Origin: an uncultured Collinsella sp.
GTDB taxonomy: Bacteria > Actinomycetota > Coriobacteriia > Coriobacteriales > Coriobacteriaceae
Assembly (NCBI GenBank): GCA_934654835.1
Contig: CAKUGY010000003.1
Coordinates: 115,416-179,415 of the forward strand
Direction: 5' to 3'
DNA: 64,000 bases
Each line of letters begins with the position of its first letter. Positions within the stretch are counted from its first letter, which is position 1. Position numbers and translations under genes: made by a program. Under the pieces are notes generated by a model. That model was not told the DNA's origin. It was given only the letters and a program-made list of their open reading frames with translations, and made no database searches. Below, in pieces: positions 57,613 to 64,000 of the stretch.

Positions 57613-58284
57613 ATGAACGAATCTGTTCCTGCGGCACCGTCGAGCGTGGAGTCGATGGCAAGGCAGGGTTGCGAAAAGCTTGGTCTGGACACGTTTGACG
57701 CGCTGGTCCGTCGCGCCCGCACGTGCCGTCGCTTTGACGAGTCCATGCGCGTGCCGCGCGAGTTTTTGCTCGAGCTGGCGGAGCTGGCACACCTGGCTCC
57801 GTGTGGTGCCAATGCTCAGCGCCTGCGCTTTCATGCGGTGAGCGGTGCCGAGGACTGCGCGCGCGTGTTTGACGAGCTCGCGTGGGCCGGCGCGCTCAAG
57901 GATTGGCCAGGCCCCGATGAGGGCGAGCGCCCGACCGGCTACATCGCAATTCTTGCCGAGCGCGCCGTTCCGGGCAAGCCGGCCGCGCCCATCACCGAGG
58001 TCGACACCGGCATTGCCGCGCAGACGATGATGCTCGCCGCCCGCAGCGCCACGCCCGAGGTGGCGGCCTGCATGTTCAAGGCCTTTACACCCCGCGCAAT
58101 CGACGCCATGGGGCTCGATAACGACAAATACGAGCTCAAGCTGATTATGGCCTTTGGCGTGCCGGCCGAGACGCAGATTATCGACGCGATCGATTCCAAC
58201 CCCGACGGCTCCATCAATTATTGGCGCGACGAGGCGCAGGTACATCACGTGCCCAAGCGCCCGCTTGCCGACGTGCTGGTGTAG
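57613..58284 (+). CDS. Nitroreductase family protein
   Basis: RRARTCRRFDES, LAPCGANAQRLRF, and a size of about 220 aa. Confidence 0.75.
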   Translation: MNESVPAAPSSVESMARQGCEKLGLDTFDALVRRARTCRRFDESMRVPREFLLELAELAHLAPCGANAQRLRFHAVSGAEDCARVFDELAWAGALKDWPGPDEGERPTGYIAILAERAVPGKPAAPITEVDTGIAAQTMMLAARSATPEVAACMFKAFTPRAIDAMGLDNDKYELKLIMAFGVPAETQIIDAIDSNPDGSINYWRDEAQVHHVPKRPLADVLV

Positions 58285-58293
58285 TTGCGCGGC

Positions 58294-58330
58294 AAAACCA
58301 CCACAAAGGTGCCTGTCCCCTTTGTGGTGG
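58294..58330. repeat. ACCACCACAAAGG-family hairpin, inverted relative to the copy at 45425
   Basis: AAAACCACCACAAAGG, loop TGCCTGTCCC, CTTTGTGGTGG. The loop is the reverse complement of the loop at 45441-45450, and the A/T-run is on the 5' side here. Confidence 0.7.
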
Positions 58331-58346
58331 CGCGAGGGGAGGGCGT

Positions 58347-58889
58347 GTGGCCGATCTATATTTGGTGCGGCATGGGCAGACCGAGCTCAATGTGCAGAAC
58401 ATTTTGCAGGGCTGGCATGATTCGCCGCTCACAGCACGTGGGCGCGAGCAAGCGCTGGCGACGGGTGCGGCGTTCGAGGACCGCGGTGTTGCCTTTGACC
58501 ATGTGTATTCGTCTCCGTTGGGGCGGGCGCGGTGCACGGCCGAGCTTATCGTTGGCGAGGGTCAGCCTGTTGAGTTGGTCGACGACTTGCGCGAGTGGCA
58601 TTTGGGCTCGCTGGAGGGTACATCAAACCGCGAGATGCCCGCTCAGCCTTGGGGTGATTATCCGGTTGCCTTTGGCGGTGAATCGGAAGGTGAGCTTCGC
58701 GAGCGCATGGTTGCGGCACTGTCCCGCATTATGGCGAGGCCGCAACATAACTGCGTATTGGCGGTCTCCCACGGCTCTTCCTGCCAGGAGTTTCTTGGGC
58801 ATGTGACAGGCGGGGGAGAGCAACCCGACAACGGCGCCGTGCTTCATTTTGACTATTGCGACGGGGCGTTTTCGCTCTTGAGTTGGTAA
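58347..58889 (+). CDS. Histidine phosphatase family protein (phosphoglycerate mutase-like)
   Basis: LYLVRHGQTELN (RHG motif) and SHG. GTG start with GAGGGGAGGG upstream. The ORF track start at 58221 would overlap the nitroreductase gene and the hairpin. Confidence 0.8.
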   Translation: MADLYLVRHGQTELNVQNILQGWHDSPLTARGREQALATGAAFEDRGVAFDHVYSSPLGRARCTAELIVGEGQPVELVDDLREWHLGSLEGTSNREMPAQPWGDYPVAFGGESEGELRERMVAALSRIMARPQHNCVLAVSHGSSCQEFLGHVTGGGEQPDNGAVLHFDYCDGAFSLLSW

Positions 58890-58907
58890 CAAACGAAAGG
58901 ACCCCCT

Positions 58908-59543
58908 ATGAATAAAGACCTGTATCTGGTCCGTCATGGGCAGACGATATTTAATCTCAAGCGCATCATTCAGGGCTGGAGTGACTCGCCACTCACACAG
59001 CTGGGATACGACCAGGCGGCGCGTGCCGGCATGTTTTTGCGTGCGCGCGGTATCGAGCCCGATCATGCCTACGCCTCCACGCTGCATCGCACCGAACAGA
59101 CCATCGCCAACTTGTGGCCGGGCCTGGCGTATGAGCGTCTGGACGGCCTGCGTGAGTGGTTCTTTGGCGACTTTGAGGCCGAGCGCGTAATGCTCATGCC
59201 CGAGCGTCCGTGGCACGACTTCTATTGTCAGTTTGGCGGCGAGGGCCAGATGCAGGTTCGCGAGCGCATGGTCGCCACGTTGACCGAGCTTATGCAGCGT
59301 CCGGACCATACGTGCGTGCTCGCGGTAAGCCATGGCTCGGCTATCAAGGAGTTTATGGATCACGTGAAGGGCGCGGCGGCAGACGAGCGCGACCGCGTGC
59401 CGGGCAACTGCTCCGTGTTGCACTTTACGTTTGACGATGCGACCAGCACGTTTGAACTGATTGAGATCTTTACACAAGAGGATTACGCGCGCGAGCTGGG
59501 GCTGGAGCCGCTCGTGGCGGCAGCCGGTCCGCAGCGCGGGTAG
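58908..59543 (+). CDS. Histidine phosphatase family protein (second, tandem paralog)
   Basis: LYLVRHGQTIFN and VSHGSAI. Confidence 0.85.
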   Translation: MNKDLYLVRHGQTIFNLKRIIQGWSDSPLTQLGYDQAARAGMFLRARGIEPDHAYASTLHRTEQTIANLWPGLAYERLDGLREWFFGDFEAERVMLMPERPWHDFYCQFGGEGQMQVRERMVATLTELMQRPDHTCVLAVSHGSAIKEFMDHVKGAAADERDRVPGNCSVLHFTFDDATSTFELIEIFTQEDYARELGLEPLVAAAGPQRG

Positions 59544-59545
59544 CG

Positions 59546-60220
59546 TTAGAACCGCGCGATCTGGTGGGTGAGCAGGCCCGTCGGGACCTGCGGTGCAGCG
59601 CCGCTGACCTGAGCGGCGGGGAAGAGCGCGGCCACGGTAAAGTTGAACGGCTCTTTGCCTGTATAGGTGCCGGCGGCACGAGCCTCATCGGTTAGAAGCT
59701 GCGACGCCCCGGTCAGAGCGGCGGCGTAGGCCGGGTCGTCGGTCAGCGTCGGCTTCGGTGCCTGATCGAGCATGGCGCGGATGGCCCCGACGGCGTCCTC
59801 GCGCTTGACCTCCCACACGCGGTGCGTGATGCCCGCGGGATCGGTGACGGCGTAGAGCGACGCGCCCTCTTTGGCGGCTCCCAGGATGATATCCATGACG
59901 GGCGAGGCCTCGTAGGCGAGCGACACGGGACGAGGCTGAACTTTGAGCTCGGCGATCGCACGCGCAGCGTCGTAGCTGGCTTCGCCCTCGCCGCCCGCAA
60001 GCACGCCAATCGGGCAAATCGCCACGACGCCCGTCACGCGCCCCGGCTCTCCCGAGCATTCGTACACGTAATACGCCGCACCCGGATCTTTGAGCATCAG
60101 GCCATCGGCAATGGCGCCGCGCAAGGCATCGTTGCCGCTCAGGATGCCACCCATCTGCGGCAGCGCCTCGAGCACGCGGTCCTGAGCCGGGCGGATGCAG
60201 GGAAACGGAAGAGCTTTCAT
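59546..60220 (-). CDS. Hypothetical protein, weak resemblance to short DUF1015-type proteins
   Basis: Coding-like ORF. The N-terminus MKALPFPCIRP and motifs YYVYE and HRVWEV are reminiscent of DUF1015, but the protein is only 224 aa. Confidence 0.35.
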   Translation of the reverse strand: MKALPFPCIRPAQDRVLEALPQMGGILSGNDALRGAIADGLMLKDPGAAYYVYECSGEPGRVTGVVAICPIGVLAGGEGEASYDAARAIAELKVQPRPVSLAYEASPVMDIILGAAKEGASLYAVTDPAGITHRVWEVKREDAVGAIRAMLDQAPKPTLTDDPAYAAALTGASQLLTDEARAAGTYTGKEPFNFTVAALFPAAQVSGAAPQVPTGLLTHQIARF

Positions 60221-60259
60221 GGACGGTCCTAACGTGTGAGTCTGTTTGTTCGCGGCATA

Positions 60260-61480
60260 TTATGCCCCAACTTGGCCGTTCGCGTCCCAGAGCACGTTAT
60301 CGGCGAGCGTGATCAGCACCTGCTGGCAACGGACTATATCAGCGTGGGGCACGTACTCGTTGGGCTTGTGCGCGAGCGCGAGCGACCCAGGGCCGTAGCT
60401 CATGCAGTTGCGGTTGCCCGTCTTGCCTGCGATGACGGCGGTGTCGGTGTAGCCGGTAAAGAAGCCGACGGCCGTGTCCGCGCCCGTCACGTTGTCTGCC
60501 GCATGCTTGAGCGTTGCCAGAAGGGGAGAGCCCGGGTCGCGCTCGATGGCGGGGCGGTCGCCCGTCACGGTATAACTGCCATGGCAACCTGGAACCGCCG
60601 CCTCCGCTGCGGCAATGGCCTGCTCCACCATGCGAGTCGCGGCAGCCGTGTCGGTCGGCGGCGTTAGACGCATGTCGACCCAGACCTTGGCGTGGTCGGG
60701 CACCACGTAGGGGCGATAGCCACCCTCGATCTGGCCAAACGTGATAGTCGAAGGCCCCAGCTCATCATGCACCGGCAGCTCCGCAAACGCGTGACGAAGC
60801 GAGCACACGACCTCGGCCATGGCGGCAACGGCATCCGCGCCCTTCCATGGCTGGCTTGCGTGCGCCGTCACGCCGGTCATCTCGATCTCGAACCACGTGC
60901 GCCCCTTGTGCGCCACCTGAATCTGCCCGTCGGTGGGCTCGGTATCCAGCACCCATTCGCGCGAGCCGACCCAGCCGGCATCGATGGCGGCCTCGGAGCC
61001 GCGCATAAAGTCCTCCTCGTCGACCGAGCAAATGAGCGAAAAACCGCGTCGAGGCCGCACGCCGCACGCCGCCACGCGCTCGAGCGTATGGATTAGCGCT
61101 GCAATGGCGCAGGCCAGGCCGCCCTTCATGTCGCAGGCGCCGCGGCCATAGAGTTTGTCGTCGCGCACGGTCGCCCCGAGCGGCGGGATGTCCGCATCCC
61201 ACCCGTCACCCAAGGTGACGGTATCCATGTGACAGATGAAGACGAGTCGCGGCTCGTCGCTCAAGCCAGGCACGGTGACCATAAGATTGCGGCGACCGGG
61301 GAGCACCTCGAGCTCCTCGATTCTCACCGCATCCAGCGCCGGCCGATCGAGTCCCGCGACCTGCGACTCGATCAGCCCCTTGATATGCCGCTCAATCTCG
61401 TCCTCATACGCACCGGGATCCGAGCTATCGATCCGTACAAGCTCCTGCGCAAGCCGCCAGGCAAAGTCCTCATCAACCAT
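60260..61480 (-). CDS. M20 family metallopeptidase (ArgE/DapE/acylase-like)
   Basis: ICHMDTV, GRGACDMKGG, SVDEE, and PGSLALAHKPNEYV. Confidence 0.85.
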   Translation of the reverse strand: MVDEDFAWRLAQELVRIDSSDPGAYEDEIERHIKGLIESQVAGLDRPALDAVRIEELEVLPGRRNLMVTVPGLSDEPRLVFICHMDTVTLGDGWDADIPPLGATVRDDKLYGRGACDMKGGLACAIAALIHTLERVAACGVRPRRGFSLICSVDEEDFMRGSEAAIDAGWVGSREWVLDTEPTDGQIQVAHKGRTWFEIEMTGVTAHASQPWKGADAVAAMAEVVCSLRHAFAELPVHDELGPSTITFGQIEGGYRPYVVPDHAKVWVDMRLTPPTDTAAATRMVEQAIAAAEAAVPGCHGSYTVTGDRPAIERDPGSPLLATLKHAADNVTGADTAVGFFTGYTDTAVIAGKTGNRNCMSYGPGSLALAHKPNEYVPHADIVRCQQVLITLADNVLWDANGQVGA

Positions 61481-61634
61481 ATGCAACCTCACAATCAGTT
61501 TGCTTTTCAAACCGATTGTAAGCCTCCTGAGAGATCCGCGACGTGCGCGTAGCGGTATTTACCGTTCACAGGGCGAGCCAGCGCGTTTGCCGTCCGAGCG
61601 GGTTCACAAATGACGCAGTGGGTAGGTACCCTTC

Positions 61635-62684
61635 ATGGACGACATGCTGTGCGACATATCTGCCTTTCGGTATCACCGGATACCTCCACAGGTCTTGGCG
61701 ATAATGCCGGACCTGCCCGATTCTGTGGACGATCCGCGCAGGGAACGCCTTTGCGAGCATCCACTCGTCACGCATTTCCTGGGCACCCCGCTACACGTGT
61801 TGGCACAGGGTGGCTGCGGTCGCAAGGGCAGTCGCATTGTCAGGCATGTTTGGAACGGGGAGAGGCTGTTTGGCTCCGTGCAGCAGACAGAGTTTGGCCT
61901 CGATGTTGCGTCTCCGCTCTTTACCCTGCTGACCCTGGCCCCCTCGGTCTCAAACGAGCGTTTGGTCATGTGCATGTATGAGATGTGCGGCTCCTTTGCC
62001 GTGTGCAAGATTGCGCCCCAGGTAAAGTCGGCACTTGTGCAGGCGTATGGGGATCAGTGGGGCGACGCGCGGTTGGGCTGGGAAAACGTAAAGGACGTCG
62101 CTGGGAATCCAACGGACTTATGGAAACGACCTCCCTTGATCGAGCTTTCTGAGCTTGCAGAGTACGTCGAAAAGATCCGAGGGCTTCGCGGCGCTAAATC
62201 GTTCACACGTGCCGCGAAATGCATTACGGGGGTGGCGGCATCGCCGCTCGAGATCCAGGCTTCGATGCTGTTTGGTCTTTCGAGGTTGCGCGGCGGCGAA
62301 GGGCTGCACCTTACCAATAACGTTGAGATTCGTATGACGCGCAGTGCCCGCCTGATTTCGGGGCTTGATAGGCGCTATGCCGATATCCTGCTGTCAAATA
62401 AGGACGGCAGCCGAGAGTGCCTGGTTGAATGTCAAGGTAAGGCCATTCACGGATCCATAGAATCCAAGATCTCGGACTCCGATCGAACGACGGCTCTGCA
62501 AGCGATGGGATATCCCGTCGTTCTGTTGACCTATGGTCAGCTGGCCGACTCCGATGCCTTCCGCGTGGTGATGGAACTCATCATGTCCTATCTCGATGCG
62601 CCGTTGAAGGACAAGACGCCGCGGCAGCAGGAGCTCGAACGGCGGCTTCGTGAGGAGATTTTCATCGATTGGGCGAGAATGTAG
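61635..62684 (+). CDS. Hypothetical protein with C-terminal DUF559/Vsr-like region (paralog of 52237-53445)
   Basis: Shares its layout with the 52237 gene: N-terminal L(S/C).(A/I)SA..Y, central YE(I/M)CGS(Y/F)A, C-terminal YADILLSN...VECQGKAIHGS...SDSDRTTALQAMGYPVVLL. The surrounding sequence is AT-richer. Confidence 0.55.
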   Translation: MDDMLCDISAFRYHRIPPQVLAIMPDLPDSVDDPRRERLCEHPLVTHFLGTPLHVLAQGGCGRKGSRIVRHVWNGERLFGSVQQTEFGLDVASPLFTLLTLAPSVSNERLVMCMYEMCGSFAVCKIAPQVKSALVQAYGDQWGDARLGWENVKDVAGNPTDLWKRPPLIELSELAEYVEKIRGLRGAKSFTRAAKCITGVAASPLEIQASMLFGLSRLRGGEGLHLTNNVEIRMTRSARLISGLDRRYADILLSNKDGSRECLVECQGKAIHGSIESKISDSDRTTALQAMGYPVVLLTYGQLADSDAFRVVMELIMSYLDAPLKDKTPRQQELERRLREEIFIDWARM

Positions 62685-62771
62685 CCCCGCGGGCGCAAAA
62701 CGGTCGTGCAAGCTAGAGTTTTGGTCGCGAAAAGGCTTCCGTTTTGCCTTGGAGGGACTTAAAAAATGTTG

Positions 62772-62930
62772 CCCAGAACAAGTTGTTTCGGAAAATCGAC
62801 AGTCAATTCGAATGTGGCATATAGAGATTGATTTTTACCTACTAAAATCCCTGATGAAGCTGTTTATCAATGCGGGTGTGCTTAGTGACTTGGATTCCAC
62901 TGTCGATTATCCGAAAAAACTTGTGTTGGG
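62772..62930. repeat. MITE-like element: 32-bp imperfect inverted repeats around an AT-rich 95-bp core
   Basis: CCCAGAACAAGTTGTTTCGGAAAATCGACAGT (62772-62803) compared with the reverse complement of 62899-62930, 28 of 32 identical. Confidence 0.55.
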
Positions 62931-62954
62931 TAGCATTTTAAAGCCGCCTGGAAG

Positions 62955-62992
62955 CAACAAAATCGGCCCCCATTTCGTGAAAACGGGGGCCG
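62955..62992 (-). terminator. Rho-independent terminator after serA
   Basis: On the minus strand: CGGCCCCCGTTTTCACGAAATGGGGGCCG hairpin followed by ATTTTGTTG. Confidence 0.7.
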
Positions 62993-63032
62993 AATGGACT
63001 TTATGGCCCGACTGGCGGGCTTGGTGCCGGCG

Positions 63033-64000
63033 CTATTTGATCACGCGCACGCGATACATCGACGGAATCCGCTTGAGCGCCTCGATGGTGCTGCTGTCCA
63101 GGTGCTCGTCGGTGTCGAACATAGTGTAGGCGTTCTCGCCGGCGGACTCGTTGGTCATGCGCTGCACGTTGGCGTTGTCCTTGGCCAGGATGGCCGTGAT
63201 CTGACCGATCATGTTGGGCACGTTGGCGTGCAGGCAGGCGATGCGGCTTGCGGCGCGCGCCTTGCCCATGCTGCAGGCGGGGTAGTTGACGCTGTGCGCT
63301 ATGTTGCCGTTCTCCAGGTAATCCTTGAGCTCGCTAATGGCCATATCGGCGCAGTTGGCCTCGGCCTCGCCGGTGCCGGCGCCCGAGTGCGTGGTGATAA
63401 ACGTGTTGGGCATCTTGACGGTTTTGGGCGTGGCAAAGTCGCAGCTAAACCAGCTCAGCTTGCCCTCGCGCAGGGCGGCGTCGACGGCGTCTTCGTCGAT
63501 GATGGTCTCGCGCGCGTAGTTGATCAGCACGGCGTTGGGCGCCAGCAGGTCAATCTGCTCGGTACTGATCATGCCGATGGTGTCGGCCTTGCTGGGCACG
63601 TGCACGGTGAGGTAGTCGCAGCCGCGGCACAGGTCCTCGAGCGTGCCCACGCGCTGCACCTCGCGGCTCAGCACCCACGCATGCTCGACGGAAATGAACG
63701 GATCGTAGCCGTAGACGTCCATACCCAGATCGACGCAGGCGTTGGCGACCTTGGAACCCACGTTGCCCAGGCCGATGACGCCGATGCGCTTGCCCTTGAG
63801 CTCGCGGCCCACAAAGGCCTTCTTGGCCTTCTCGGCATCGACCTGAATCTCGGGGTCGTCGGCGTTGTCGCGCACCCAGTTCATCGACTGCACCACGCCG
63901 CGGCTCGAGAGCACCAGCATGCCCAGGACGAGCTCCTTGACGGCGTTGCTGTTGGCGCCGGGGGAGTTAAAGACGACGACGCCCTTCTTGGCGTACTCCT
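63033..64000 (-). CDS. serA: D-3-phosphoglycerate dehydrogenase (2-hydroxyacid dehydrogenase with C-terminal ACT domain), 5' end outside the window
   Basis: GKRIGVIGLGNVGSKVA (NAD site), HVPS, and a C-terminal ACT-like segment. The reading frame stays open upstream of the listed Met (…FNSPGANSNAVKELVLGMLVLSSRG) to the window edge. Confidence 0.85.
   Translation of the reverse strand, partial: EYAKKGVVVFNSPGANSNAVKELVLGMLVLSSRGVVQSMNWVRDNADDPEIQVDAEKAKKAFVGRELKGKRIGVIGLGNVGSKVANACVDLGMDVYGYDPFISVEHAWVLSREVQRVGTLEDLCRGCDYLTVHVPSKADTIGMISTEQIDLLAPNAVLINYARETIIDEDAVDAALREGKLSWFSCDFATPKTVKMPNTFITTHSGAGTGEAEANCADMAISELKDYLENGNIAHSVNYPACSMGKARAASRIACLHANVPNMIGQITAILAKDNANVQRMTNESAGENAYTMFDTDEHLDSSTIEALKRIPSMYRVRVIK

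Noticed and set aside
58221-58346. Upstream extension of the first histidine phosphatase ORF
   Set aside because: It would overlap the nitroreductase gene end and read through the conserved hairpin element. The GTG at 58347 with a G-rich RBS gives the canonical N-terminus directly before the RHG motif.

Overview
High-GC (visibly about 60-65% GC) bacterial chromosomal segment. Gene content and style suggest a Gram-positive actinobacterium of the Coriobacteriia type, but this is inference, not a search result. Most of the window is housekeeping: folate C1 genes (fchA-like, folD), a C69 dipeptidase, a UbiB/ABC1 kinase, class 3 fructose-1,6-bisphosphatase, two DegV proteins, an RsmB-like methyltransferase, a MetRS-like ligase, queuosine genes (queH, queA, tgt), pstSCAB, an ABC-F ATPase, HAD and histidine phosphatases, two M20 peptidases and partial serA. 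Accessory content:

- An LPXTG surface protein with seven near-identical Cys-containing repeats.
- A complete IS256-family element with inverted repeats and a 9-bp target duplication, inserted three codons before the original folD stop.
- A metal cluster: an MntR-like regulator, an ArsR/CadC-like regulator with duplicated palindromic operators, a stand-alone HMA protein, a P1B ATPase, and separately an ArsP_2-type permease with a His-rich loop.
- A DinJ/YafQ toxin-antitoxin pair.
- Two paralogous DUF559-like genes in AT-richer patches.
- Several families of long intergenic palindromic repeats.

The most interesting locus is 10716-19532. A leader with the hallmarks of a cobalamin riboswitch precedes a roughly 2,500-aa secreted, membrane-anchored protein. 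That protein carries three tandem transcobalamin-like (DUF4430-type) modules fused to a beta-propeller. An overlapping second gene encodes another membrane-anchored DUF4430-type protein. I interpret this as a candidate cell-surface vitamin B12 capture system of a Gram-positive organism. No tRNA, rRNA or CRISPR array was seen. All start codons are manual choices based on RBS spacing. All family names are motif-level recognition, not database hits.
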